A DNA stretch of 32,000 bases from Psychrobacter sp. HD31 (lineage in GTDB: Bacteria > Pseudomonadota > Gammaproteobacteria > Pseudomonadales > Moraxellaceae), in assembly GCF_051097895.1 (NCBI RefSeq), contig NZ_CP142525.1, forward strand, positions 1,860,001 to 1,892,000. The letters are read 5' to 3'. Below are positions 16,160 to 25,410 of this stretch, piece after piece. The translations under genes were made by a program, and so were the position numbers. Positions within the stretch are counted from its first letter, which is position 1. Each line of letters starts with the position of its first letter. The notes under the pieces were generated by a model. That model was given only the letters and a program-made list of their open reading frames with translations, had not been told where the DNA came from and did not search any database.

Positions 16160-16825
16160 ATGAAAAAACAACTTTTAGTGACTGCAATGGCTTCTAGCAT
16201 GGCATTAGCAGGTTGTGCCACACAAAATGGTACGAATGGCTTTGATCTTAGTAATGTTAACAAAGCGGTATTGGGTGCGGCTGCTGGTGCGGCTGCTGGT
16301 TATGGTATCTCTAAAGCGACTGGTGGCGAGCACGAAGGACGTGACGCTTTAATTGGTGCTGCTTTAGGTGCTGGTGTTGGTTTATATATGCAAAATCAAG
16401 CGGCTCAGCTTGAAAAGCAAATGGCAGGCACAGGGGTAGATGTTAGCTATGATCCAAATACTAACAACATCAACGTTACTATGCCAAACAATGTAACGTT
16501 TGCTACCAACAGTGCGGTGATTAATACGTCTGATGCAGCTGAGTTAGATAAACTTGCGGCAACATTAACACAATATGATCAAACTAACATTGTTGTTGTT
16601 GGTCATACAGACAGCACTGGTGGTCCAGCAATTAACCAACCACTTTCTGTTAAGCGTGCCAACTCGGTTGCTAATTACTTATACCAAAAAGGTGTGGGTA
16701 AAACTCGTTTGTATGTCGATGGTAAAGGGGCAACTCAGCCAATCGCTACGAATGCAACAGAAGCTGGTAAAGCTAAAAACCGTCGTGTAGAAATTGAAAT
16801 TAAAGCACCACAAAGCATAAGCTAA
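16160..16825 (+). CDS. OmpA-family lipoprotein (glycine-zipper N-terminus, OmpA_C peptidoglycan-binding domain)
   Basis: The lipobox is LAGC. It has a glycine zipper (GAAAGAAAGYGISKATGG) and the OmpA_C motifs VVVGHTDSTG, SVKRANSVANYL and NRRVEIEI. The SD is GGAGAGGG. Confidence 0.88.
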   Translation: MKKQLLVTAMASSMALAGCATQNGTNGFDLSNVNKAVLGAAAGAAAGYGISKATGGEHEGRDALIGAALGAGVGLYMQNQAAQLEKQMAGTGVDVSYDPNTNNINVTMPNNVTFATNSAVINTSDAAELDKLAATLTQYDQTNIVVVGHTDSTGGPAINQPLSVKRANSVANYLYQKGVGKTRLYVDGKGATQPIATNATEAGKAKNRRVEIEIKAPQSIS

Positions 16826-16844
16826 TTGTTCAGACAATCAAAAT

Positions 16845-16871
16845 AAAAAACCAGCCAAGTGCTGGTTTTTT
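16845..16871 (+). terminator. Rho-independent terminator of the OmpA-family lipoprotein gene
   Basis: The hairpin is AAAAAACCAGC-CAAGT-GCTGGTTTTTT followed by additional T residues. Confidence 0.8.
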
Positions 16872-16912
16872 TGTGCGCACACTTATGATTAAGAGTAATT
16901 ATTAAAAAGAAT

Positions 16913-16941
16913 TTGATAATTATTATCAATAATAATATAAT
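16913..16941 (+). promoter_or_regulatory. Sigma-70 promoter (TTGATA-17 nt-TATAAT) overlapped by a Fur box
   Basis: The -35 hexamer TTGATA is at 16913-16918 and the -10 hexamer TATAAT at 16936-16941. GATAATTATTATCAATAAT (16915-16933) matches 14 of 19 positions of the Fur consensus GATAATGATAATCATTATC. It lies upstream of an imelysin gene, a family known to be iron-regulated. Confidence 0.6.
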
Positions 16942-17103
16942 TGCCTTAATCTGTAACCAAATAGCAATATTTAAATCAATATGATAGTGCGTGGTTACCA
17001 AAGTTTGGCTAGTCGTTTTAGCCCGTGAATAATTGATTTACTGGGTAGTATAAGTGTTATTCACATTTTTTATTTCATCCAAATTAAACTTTGAGGAAAA
17101 ATT

Positions 17104-18525
17104 ATGGATATTTTGGCTTTAACAAAACGCGGTGTATTGGCAACAGCGATTGCAACAGCAATGTTTGTATCTGGTTGTGCAAAAGAACAACCAACTGAAG
17201 CAGAGCATGCGGAGCATGACCACAAAGAAGGTGAAGCACACGCAACAGCAGTAGAAGTAGAAAAAGGTAAAGAAGCAGAAGCCTTGCTAAATAGTTTTGC
17301 TGATATGGCACTAGCATCTTATTCAGACTCACTAGAAGGCGCTAAAAAGTTACAGGTTGCTTTAAATACTTATGTTGATGAGCCAACACAAGCAAACCTT
17401 GACGCAGCAAAAGCGGTATATAATGAAGCACGTAATCCATATTCACAAACCGAAGTATTCCGTTTTGATGAAGGTTTTGTAACTGCTAACACAAATCGTG
17501 CAATCGAAAGCGTTGACGGTTGGGAAGGTCAATTGAATGCATGGCCACTTGATGAGGCACTAATTGACTATGTAAGCGATTCATACGAAGGTGAATATAA
17601 TAACAGTGCTAACATTATTAATAGCGATAGCATCAAGATTGGTAGCATCAGCCAAGATACAAGTAAAATTACACCACAGCTATTGGCTGATATGAATGAA
17701 ATTGGTGGTAGTGAGGCAAATGTTACCTCTGGTTACCATGCGATTGAGTTTTTACTATGGGGTCAAGATACAAATGGTACAGGCGAAGGCGCTGGTAATC
17801 GTCCAGTATCTGACTTCAACACAGAAGAAGGCAAATGTACGAATGGTACCGTTGTTGCTGACAGCACAAAAACCTGTCAACGTCGTGGTGAATACCTAAA
17901 AGCTGCTGCTCAACTATTGGTTGATGATTTAACAGCGATGGTTGCTCAGTGGCAGCCAGATAGCGAAAATACATTGCGTTCGGATTTACTAGCTCGTAAA
18001 GATGACAATGCAGTACGTCAGGTAATGTATGAGATGGGTAGTTTGGCACTTGGTGAGCTTGCTTCTGAACGTTTACAAGTTGCTGTGGTGGTTGGTTCTA
18101 CTGAAGATGAACACGAATGCTTTAGTGATTTAACACACAATAGTTATGCCAAGAATGCACAAGGTATTAAAAACATTTTTGAAGGTAACTACAACGGTAA
18201 AGGTGGTTATGGTGTTAAACAATACTTAATCGACATGGGTAAACAAGAAGAAGCTGACGCGTTGCAAGCTAAGTTCGATAACGTAACGACAGCCTTTGAT
18301 GTGATTGTTGACCAAGCCGAAAATAATGGTATTAAAGTTGACCAAATGATTGCGACAGTTGCGCAAGCTAATGGTAACGGTGTTGCCAAAGAAGAGCAAG
18401 AAAAGCGTCGTGGTTGGATTAATGATTCTATTGCTACATTACAAGAAGTAACTGCTGGTATTGAAACAGCTGCTGCAAGTGTTGGCATTGATAAACTAGA
18501 TGCTGATACTGGTAGCCAGTTCTAG
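17104..18525 (+). CDS. Imelysin (peptidase M75 / iron-regulated protein A-like) lipoprotein
   Basis: The lipobox is VSGC. The imelysin signature GYHAIEFLLWGQD contains HxxE. The SD is GAGGA. Confidence 0.8.
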   Translation: MDILALTKRGVLATAIATAMFVSGCAKEQPTEAEHAEHDHKEGEAHATAVEVEKGKEAEALLNSFADMALASYSDSLEGAKKLQVALNTYVDEPTQANLDAAKAVYNEARNPYSQTEVFRFDEGFVTANTNRAIESVDGWEGQLNAWPLDEALIDYVSDSYEGEYNNSANIINSDSIKIGSISQDTSKITPQLLADMNEIGGSEANVTSGYHAIEFLLWGQDTNGTGEGAGNRPVSDFNTEEGKCTNGTVVADSTKTCQRRGEYLKAAAQLLVDDLTAMVAQWQPDSENTLRSDLLARKDDNAVRQVMYEMGSLALGELASERLQVAVVVGSTEDEHECFSDLTHNSYAKNAQGIKNIFEGNYNGKGGYGVKQYLIDMGKQEEADALQAKFDNVTTAFDVIVDQAENNGIKVDQMIATVAQANGNGVAKEEQEKRRGWINDSIATLQEVTAGIETAAASVGIDKLDADTGSQF

Positions 18526-18566
18526 AAAATGATTATTGTTAATGATAATTAAATAGTTGAGTGTGT

Positions 18567-18594
18567 AAATGACCAGCCAATGTGCTGGTCATTT
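18567..18594 (+). terminator. Terminator-like hairpin after the imelysin gene
   Basis: The hairpin is AAATGACCAGC-CAATGT-GCTGGTCATTT followed by ATTTTA. Its core is nearly identical to the hairpin at 16845-16871. Confidence 0.55.
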
Positions 18595-18736
18595 ATTTTA
18601 TAAATCAAAATAAAACTGAGAGTTTACATTTTAATAATATGCATTCGCAATAAATTTGATACAATACCACAATAAAGCTAGGTAATTCTCAGCCAGTCAT
18701 TTCTAGCATGATATTCATGGGTCTAAGGAGCGTATC

Positions 18737-20326
18737 ATGGCTAACTTTCAACATACTTATAAAGTTCGTCCAATTATCACGGCAATCACAGCCCTTATCG
18801 GTGCCAGTACATTGTTGGCCTGCCAGCAGTCTAATAACGCACAATCTGATATGACGGGTGTGTCGGCAGATAGAGCAAAACAAATTGAAGAAATTGCTGG
18901 TGTCTCACAAGAAAAACTATTAGCGTTTGATCCACAAGAAATGAAACAGGGTGGAGAAACTGGCATTAACATTGACAGTAGTGAGAGCTACTCAAAACCA
19001 TCCTCTAATATCAGTGCCAGTCGTAAAGGCAACTTTTTTGTTGGTAATGCCTTTTTTAAACAGCCTTGGGTTATTGCTCCAGCAAGTACAGATGCCAGAG
19101 ATGGTTTGGGTGCCCTGTTTAATGTGGCAGCTTGTCAATCTTGTCATATCAAAGACGGGCGAGGACATGCGCCAGTTAATGCAGAAGATACAGCTGATAG
19201 TTTACTGATTCGTTTGGCGGTCCCACCCACCTCCGAAGAACAAAAGCAGAAGCTTGCTAACTCTGAAATTGAAAAAGTGGCACATCCTGTTTATGGCGGA
19301 CAGTTGCAGGATCGTAATATTCAAGGCGTGCCTGCAGAAGGGCATGTTGCGGTAGAATGGACAGAAGTGCCTATTAAATATACTGATGGACATGAAGTTA
19401 TGTTGCGTCGCCCAACTTTTAACCTGACGCATGCAGGTTACGGTAAGTTTGGTGAGGATACTATGGTATCTCCACGGGTTGCGCCACCAATGATTGGTTT
19501 AGGTTTACTTGAGCATATTAAAGCAGAAGATATTAAGTCTCAGGCGGATCCAGAAGATAAAGATGGTGATGGTATCAGTGGTAAATATAACTGGGTGATT
19601 AGTGCATTAGATGGAAAAAAAGCGTTAGGTCGTTTTGGTTGGAAAGCTGGACAACCATTTTTGATGACACAGAACCAAGGTGCTTTTAATGGAGATATGG
19701 GTTTAACTTCTCGTCTGCACCCTGATGAAAACTGTACACCAAGTCAAACAGCTTGTCTTGAAGCGCCAACCGGTGCTGATGACCAAGGTGATGGTGAAAA
19801 ACCAGTGGAAATTAGTGATGAGATAGCGAAATTTGTTGAATTTTATACGCGTAACTTAGCGGTACCAAATCGACGTCATGCAGATGATCCAGTTGTGCTG
19901 GCAGGTAAAAAGCATTTTCATAACTTGGGCTGTGTAAGCTGTCATACGCCTCGCTATCAATTGCCAACAACCGATGATGACCACGTTGAACAGAACGGAC
20001 AAGTTATCTATCCATATACTGATTTGTTATTGCATGATATGGGTGATGATTTAGCGGATAAGACGATAGCAGGTAAGATACCGAGCAAAGATATCCAAGT
20101 AGAGTTTTTAGCGAATTCGCATGAATGGCGTACACCTGCTTTATGGGGCATTGGTTTGGCTCAAAAGGTTGATGCACAAGCGGGCTTCCTACACGATGGA
20201 CGTGCGAGAACACCAATAGAAGCAGTATTATGGCATGGTGGTGAAGCCGAAGAAGCGAAGCAAAAGGTACTTAAGTTGGATGAACAAGGTCGTAAAGAAT
20301 TAGAAGCATTTTTAAGCTCATTGTAA
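18737..20326 (+). CDS. DUF1111 di-haem cytochrome c (peroxidase-like / putative thiol oxidoreductase) lipoprotein
   Basis: The lipobox is LLAC. It has two CxxCH haem-binding motifs (CQSCH and CVSCH). The SD is AAGGAG. Pairing with imelysin genes is typical for this family. Confidence 0.8.
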   Translation: MANFQHTYKVRPIITAITALIGASTLLACQQSNNAQSDMTGVSADRAKQIEEIAGVSQEKLLAFDPQEMKQGGETGINIDSSESYSKPSSNISASRKGNFFVGNAFFKQPWVIAPASTDARDGLGALFNVAACQSCHIKDGRGHAPVNAEDTADSLLIRLAVPPTSEEQKQKLANSEIEKVAHPVYGGQLQDRNIQGVPAEGHVAVEWTEVPIKYTDGHEVMLRRPTFNLTHAGYGKFGEDTMVSPRVAPPMIGLGLLEHIKAEDIKSQADPEDKDGDGISGKYNWVISALDGKKALGRFGWKAGQPFLMTQNQGAFNGDMGLTSRLHPDENCTPSQTACLEAPTGADDQGDGEKPVEISDEIAKFVEFYTRNLAVPNRRHADDPVVLAGKKHFHNLGCVSCHTPRYQLPTTDDDHVEQNGQVIYPYTDLLLHDMGDDLADKTIAGKIPSKDIQVEFLANSHEWRTPALWGIGLAQKVDAQAGFLHDGRARTPIEAVLWHGGEAEEAKQKVLKLDEQGRKELEAFLSSL

Positions 20327-20390
20327 TATGATAGAGACTTAAAACAATTTTTGATTATTTTTGGATTAAAAAAATAATATGGAATAACTT

Positions 20391-21542
20391 ATGAAAAAAA
20401 GTAAAATTTTGGCGTTAACATTATCAGCAATTAGTACAGGTATTTTGATTAGCTGTGCGAAACCTGCACAAACAGAAAATACACAGACAGAAGTGACTGA
20501 TGGGGCAAAGGTAACGGATAGTCATACCACTACCAATGAAGCAAAAGACAGTCAACCAGCTGATGCAAAAGCAGATCAGGTAGTAAATATCTCACCAGAA
20601 CAAGAAACTGTCTATTTGAAGCATGTTGCCAATGATATTATTGTTCCAACTTACAATAAGGCTGTTACTGAAAGTCAGTCATTTCATAGCTTAGCAAATG
20701 AAGTGTGCCAATCTGGTGGCGTATCGGTAGAACAAATAGAAAAGCTGCGTAGTCAATGGTTGATGCTTGCGACGGCATGGGCACAAGCGGAGGCTATTAA
20801 TTTTGGACCAGCGACAGACAATATGAACAATTTGTTTATCAATTATTTCCCTGATGAAAGAAAATTGGTTCATCGTAGTGTGGAAAAGCTGATAGCAAAT
20901 AGCCCAAAAATCACACCCGAGCAGTTTGTTGACCAAAGTGCTATCGTGCAAGGTGTACCAGCATTAGAAGATATCTTATATACTAATGATGCCTTTGATG
21001 CGGCACAGTGTAACTATGTTATTAGTGCTAGTAATGAGCTAAATCGTCGTTTAAATGACATTGCTGAACAATGGAAAGTTAACAGTAACACCCTATTAGA
21101 CACAGCTAACCCAAAAATAGGGATGAATCAATATTTTAATGGGCTATTGTTTTATATTGAAAACTTAAAGTCGACTGGTGTTGATAAACCGCTTGCACTG
21201 AATTCTAAGAAAAAAGGGCATGTACCTGCTCACATAGCAGGGCAAAGCCAAACAATTATTCAAGCAAAATTGGATATGCTACAACAGGCATTAGCTGATA
21301 AAAGCCTACAGACCTTAGTAAGCGATGATGAAAAAGGCATGCAGTTACTTGATTCAGCGACAGCGAGTATAGAAACGGCAAAAAAACAACTTGCCACTTT
21401 GCCTGCCGATATCACAACCGCTGAAAAAGCGAATCAACAAGCTTTGCATGATAACTTAGCCAGCATTACAAAAGAACTTAAGCGAGGCATACTGCCACTA
21501 TTTGGGGTTCAGATTGGTTTTAATAGCACCGATGGTGACTAA
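20391..21542 (+). CDS. Imelysin-like lipoprotein (second, HxxE-less paralog)
   Basis: The lipobox is LISC. The segment GVPALEDILY aligns with GYHAIEFLLW of the first imelysin but has Pro in place of His. This is the typical third gene of imelysin/DUF1111 clusters. Confidence 0.65.
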   Translation: MKKSKILALTLSAISTGILISCAKPAQTENTQTEVTDGAKVTDSHTTTNEAKDSQPADAKADQVVNISPEQETVYLKHVANDIIVPTYNKAVTESQSFHSLANEVCQSGGVSVEQIEKLRSQWLMLATAWAQAEAINFGPATDNMNNLFINYFPDERKLVHRSVEKLIANSPKITPEQFVDQSAIVQGVPALEDILYTNDAFDAAQCNYVISASNELNRRLNDIAEQWKVNSNTLLDTANPKIGMNQYFNGLLFYIENLKSTGVDKPLALNSKKKGHVPAHIAGQSQTIIQAKLDMLQQALADKSLQTLVSDDEKGMQLLDSATASIETAKKQLATLPADITTAEKANQQALHDNLASITKELKRGILPLFGVQIGFNSTDGD

Positions 21543-21600
21543 ATAATAGTAATAGGGGGATGTTTATAGCGCTACAAGTTTTTTATTAAATCAACAAATA

Positions 21601-21633
21601 AAAAGGCAAGTACATAATCTGTACTTGCCTTTT
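21601..21633. terminator. Bidirectional terminator between the imelysin-like gene and typA
   Basis: The hairpin is AAAAGGCAAGTAC-ATAATCT-GTACTTGCCTTTT, with A and T runs on both sides. Confidence 0.8.
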
Positions 21634-21648
21634 CTTATTCTTTAACTA

Positions 21649-23502
21649 TTACGCGTCTTTGTCTTTTTTACGAGTATGACGTTTACGGTCACTTTCAGTT
21701 AAGAATTTTTTGCGGATACGGATAGATTCAGGCGTTACTTCAACCAATTCATCGTCTTCAATAAATTCTAATGCTTGTTCAAGTGTTAGCTTGATAGCAG
21801 GGGTTAAAATAATGTTTTCATCAGTACCTGAAGCACGTACGTTAGTTAACTGCTTACCTTTGGTTGGGTTAACGACCATGTCATCACTACGTGAGTTCAC
21901 ACCAACAATCATACCTTCGTATACTTCTAAACTTGGTTCAGCAAACAACTTACCACGTTCTTGCAAGTTAAATAATGCAAAGCCTAAACATTTACCAGTG
22001 ACCATAGAGACGAGTACGCCATTGATTCGACCACCAACTTCGCCAACCTTTTGTGGACCATAGTGAGAGAAGCTAGAAGTTAAAATTCCGGTACCTGATG
22101 TCATGGTCATAAACTCAGATCGGAAACCAATTAAACCACGCGCAGGCATCACCGCCTCAATGCGCATACGCCCTTTGCCGTCAAGTTCCATGTTGCTCAT
22201 TTCACCTTTACGCAGGCCAACTTGTTCCATCACAGAACCTTGGTGTTCTTCTTGAATATCAAAAATAACATTCTCGTAGGGCTCTTGTAGCTCACCATTT
22301 ACTTCTTTTACAATCACTTCTGGGCGCGAGATACCTAACTCATAACCTTCACGGCGCATGTTCTCAATAAGTACAGATAAATGCAATTCGCCGCGACCAG
22401 AAACTTTAAATTTCTCTGGAGAATCTGTGTCTTCTACACGCAGTGCAACGTTATGGATAAGCTCACGCTCTAGACGTTCACGGATGTTTCGTGAGGTCAC
22501 AAATTTACCTTCACGTCCAGCAAAGGGTGAGTCGTTTACTTGGAAGGTCATAGAAATAGTTGGTTCATCTACGCTTAGTGCTGGTAGTGATTCAACATTT
22601 TCAGGATCACAAATTGTATCAGAAATGTTTAAGCCATCCATACCTGTTACACAAACAATGTCGCCAGCTTGTGCTTCGTTTACTTCAATACGTTCAAGAC
22701 CATGATAGCCCATAATCTTTAGGATACGACCATTACGTGTATTGTCATCTTTATCAACAATTTTAACAGGGGTGTTGGTTTTTACGCTACCACGTTGGAT
22801 ACGCCCAATGCCGATAACGCCCATAAAGTTGTCGTAATCTAGGCTAGAAATTTGCATTTGGAAAGGACCATCAACATCTACATGAGGTGGTTCAACAATG
22901 TCAATGATAGTTTCAAAAAGAGGGGTCATATCATCGGCTAGTTCATCAGCTTCGATACCTGCGATACCGTTTAGTGCAGAGGCATATACAACAGGGAAGT
23001 CTAGCTGTTCATCACAGGCGCCCAAAGCATCAAATAAATCAAAAATTTGGTCCATAACCCAATCAGGTCGAGAGCCTGGGCGGTCGATTTTATTAATAAC
23101 AACAATTGGTTTTAGCCCTTGTTCAAAGGCTTTTTGAGTAACAAATCGAGTTTGCGGCATAGGACCATCAACAGCATCTACCAGCAGTAATACACAATCT
23201 ACCATAGACATAACGCGTTCTACCTCGCCACCAAAATCGGCGTGACCTGGGGTGTCTACGATGTTAATGCGGTATTCAGTATCATTTTTGGGGTTATGCC
23301 ATTTAATAGCGGTATTTTTTGCTAAAATGGTGATGCCACGTTCCTGTTCTAATGCATTCGAGTCCATGACTCGCTCAATCTCACCAGCGCGATCGCCTAG
23401 AGTGCCAGATTGCTGTAATAGCTTGTCAACCAAGGTCGTTTTACCATGATCGACGTGAGCGATGATTGCAATATTTCTTAAGTTTTTGATGTTGTTAGCC
23501 AT
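21649..23502 (-). CDS. typA: Translational GTPase TypA/BipA
   Basis: The GTPase motifs are G1 [10 protein letters not shown]3 DTPGHADF and G4 NKIDR. The overall EF-G-like architecture and 617-aa length match TypA. Confidence 0.95.
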   Translation of the reverse strand: MANNIKNLRNIAIIAHVDHGKTTLVDKLLQQSGTLGDRAGEIERVMDSNALEQERGITILAKNTAIKWHNPKNDTEYRINIVDTPGHADFGGEVERVMSMVDCVLLLVDAVDGPMPQTRFVTQKAFEQGLKPIVVINKIDRPGSRPDWVMDQIFDLFDALGACDEQLDFPVVYASALNGIAGIEADELADDMTPLFETIIDIVEPPHVDVDGPFQMQISSLDYDNFMGVIGIGRIQRGSVKTNTPVKIVDKDDNTRNGRILKIMGYHGLERIEVNEAQAGDIVCVTGMDGLNISDTICDPENVESLPALSVDEPTISMTFQVNDSPFAGREGKFVTSRNIRERLERELIHNVALRVEDTDSPEKFKVSGRGELHLSVLIENMRREGYELGISRPEVIVKEVNGELQEPYENVIFDIQEEHQGSVMEQVGLRKGEMSNMELDGKGRMRIEAVMPARGLIGFRSEFMTMTSGTGILTSSFSHYGPQKVGEVGGRINGVLVSMVTGKCLGFALFNLQERGKLFAEPSLEVYEGMIVGVNSRSDDMVVNPTKGKQLTNVRASGTDENIILTPAIKLTLEQALEFIEDDELVEVTPESIRIRKKFLTESDRKRHTRKKDKDA

Positions 23503-23750
23503 AAACTCTACTCAGAATAAAAAATTGTAGTAATAAGGTTTCAGTTATTTGTTAAATAACGAATTTTTAAAAGGTTGCCTAGTATATCATTAATGTATGA
23601 CAAATATGTGTTTTTATATTAAGCCGTTACACTAAATTTATTTTACATTAGGTTCATGTATTTAAAGAAGAGTATCGGATGTTCACTTATTTGGGGTGGG
23701 TATCGGTCTCGTTTTTACGTTAGATACCAGCTTATTTTTTGAATAAAAAA

Positions 23751-23770
23751 ACACCACCCGAAGGTGGCGT
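23751..23770 (-). terminator. Terminator of the OMP CD-like porin gene
   Basis: On the minus strand the sequence is ACGCCACC-TTCG-GGTGGTGT followed by a T7 run, about 20 nt after the stop codon. Confidence 0.8.
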
Positions 23771-23790
23771 TTTTTATAAAAAACTAATAA

Positions 23791-25038
23791 TTATTTAGTT
23801 TTTGTTTCGGTCACAGTCTTATCACCAGTGATGATAGCGTAAACACGACGGTTCATTGCGCGACCTTCTTCGTTATCGTTAGAAGCGATTGGACGCTCAT
23901 AACCATAGCCTTTAGTTGCGATACGAGCTGGGTTTACACCAAATTCGTTAGCAAGCATTGCTTTAACTGCAACAGCACGTGCTTCAGATAGACGTTGGTT
24001 GTATGCAGCTGAAGGACCAGTTTTAGATGCGTGACCTTCAATCTTAGCAACTGAGTTAGGGTACTCACGCATTTTTTCTGCTACTTTAGCAATTTCAGGC
24101 TTGTATTGCTGTTTGATGTTTGCTTTGTCGTTGTCAAAGAATACACGTAGTTCCATTTTTAGTGCATCTACGATGTCTTCTTGTACTGGGCAACCTTTAG
24201 CGTCAACAACAACGTTCATTGGTGTGCCTGGGCAAGCGTCTAAACGATCGATAACACCGTCTTTATCGCTATCTTTGTCCATTACTACAGGTGCAACAGG
24301 CGCAGCAACTGCAGGTGCAGCACGACCTAGTGCAACTTGAAGACCCGCTGTTGCTAGACCTTCCCACCAGTTGTTGTCAAAGTTGTGGATAGCACGTGCT
24401 TCACCACGAAGTGCAACATTATTGTTGATGTTATATAAAGCACCTAGACCTAGGTTACCAATAGTATCTTTAGATTCAGAAACTTCAGTACCAGCTTTTA
24501 CGTCGCCGTAAGTTTCTTGGTTTTCTACTTTAATTTTAGACTGACCAGCACCAACTAGTAAGTAAGGGTCTACAGCCCAACCAGTGTCAACAAATTGGTC
24601 AAGACCAACTAGGAAGTTACCAGAAATCATTTGCTGTTCTACGTCAAAACGGTTAACACCAGCTTCTGCTGATTCTTCAGATGCTTCACCGTTAGCATCA
24701 GACTGACCGTATTCAACTTGGAACTGAGTCGCGTCAGACAAGTCAACACCCAGTGCAAGACCAGTATACAAGCTAGACTCTTTAGAAACACCACCATTAG
24801 CTGGAGCTTTTACTGTTTCGTTAGTATCTGGGTTTTTACCGTCAACATCAATGCGCTTGTCATCTTTGTTTACGTATAAGTCTTTACCAGTGCGTAAAAC
24901 TTCACGCTGTTTATCATTAGTATCACCTAAGTCTGAGTAGTGATAACCTACTAGCGGGGTGATAGTTACGCCAGCATTTGCAGCTACAGTAGCAGCAGAT
25001 GCAGTAATCATTGCTAAAGCGATTTTATTAAGTTTCAT
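23791..25038 (-). CDS. ompA: Major OmpA-family porin (Moraxella OMP CD / Acinetobacter OmpA-like)
   Basis: The true start is ATG 25038, with GGAGGA upstream; the TTG at 25050 overlaps the SD. The signal peptide is MKLNKIALAMITASAATVAANA. It has an N-terminal beta-barrel, an Ala/Pro hinge (AAPAVAAPVAPVV), a TSP3-like motif (DSDKDGVIDRLDACPGTP) and OmpA_C motifs (IEGHASKTG, NRRVYAII). Similarity to OMP CD, judged from memory, runs along the whole length. Confidence 0.92.
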   Translation of the reverse strand: MKLNKIALAMITASAATVAANAGVTITPLVGYHYSDLGDTNDKQREVLRTGKDLYVNKDDKRIDVDGKNPDTNETVKAPANGGVSKESSLYTGLALGVDLSDATQFQVEYGQSDANGEASEESAEAGVNRFDVEQQMISGNFLVGLDQFVDTGWAVDPYLLVGAGQSKIKVENQETYGDVKAGTEVSESKDTIGNLGLGALYNINNNVALRGEARAIHNFDNNWWEGLATAGLQVALGRAAPAVAAPVAPVVMDKDSDKDGVIDRLDACPGTPMNVVVDAKGCPVQEDIVDALKMELRVFFDNDKANIKQQYKPEIAKVAEKMREYPNSVAKIEGHASKTGPSAAYNQRLSEARAVAVKAMLANEFGVNPARIATKGYGYERPIASNDNEEGRAMNRRVYAIITGDKTVTETKTK

Positions 25039-25410
25039 GGATTCCTCCAAAGTTTGTTTGAGTGTTTTAGCTTAGCTTTGTTTAGATACATATCCATTGC
25101 ACAACATATATTTGAAATATTATGTAACAAATGTATTCATTGCATAGCTTAGCGATATTCACAAAGTTTTACAACTTTTTTTTAATGAAAGCTACATTTT
25201 ATTACATGAAAAAACAAGAAGTGTAACTTTCGTTAAATCATGAAGCTGATTTGTTTGAATCAAAATCTATTAACACACATTTTTAGCAAACAAATATAAT
25301 AAACTGTATCGCTATGCAACTTTTATTATAAGATAAAAAACGAGTTTTGACAAAACTTGGATACTTTTTAAATACATAAAAGTGTTGCTTAATGTAAAAG
25401 GATGGATTAA

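Noticed and set aside
17102-18488. Minus-strand ORFs 17102..17332, 17816..18049 and 18207..18488, and + ORF 17696..17899.
   Set aside because: All lie within the imelysin gene, antisense or out of frame. Leu-rich and other low-complexity translations of this kind are typical shadow ORFs.
18528-18551. A second Fur-box-like sequence, AATGATTATTGTTAATGATAATTA, lies directly after the imelysin stop codon.
   Set aside because: It matches 12 of 19 consensus positions in the best register. However, it lies upstream of the terminator-like hairpin, not over a recognisable promoter for the DUF1111 gene. In DNA this AT-rich the match could be chance, so I did not list it as a feature.
21710-23449. Four + strand ORFs inside typA (21710..22063, 22358..22705, 22898..23137, 23252..23449).
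   Set aside because: They are Ser-rich antisense shadows of a highly conserved GTPase gene.
23679-23723. A 14-codon + strand ORF (MFTYLGWVSVSFLR) lies upstream of the bidirectional hairpin at 23751-23770. This suggested a small hydrophobic peptide or type I toxin.
   Set aside because: I could not find a convincing promoter or SD. The region is the typA promoter and leader on the other strand. An ORF this short is expected by chance.
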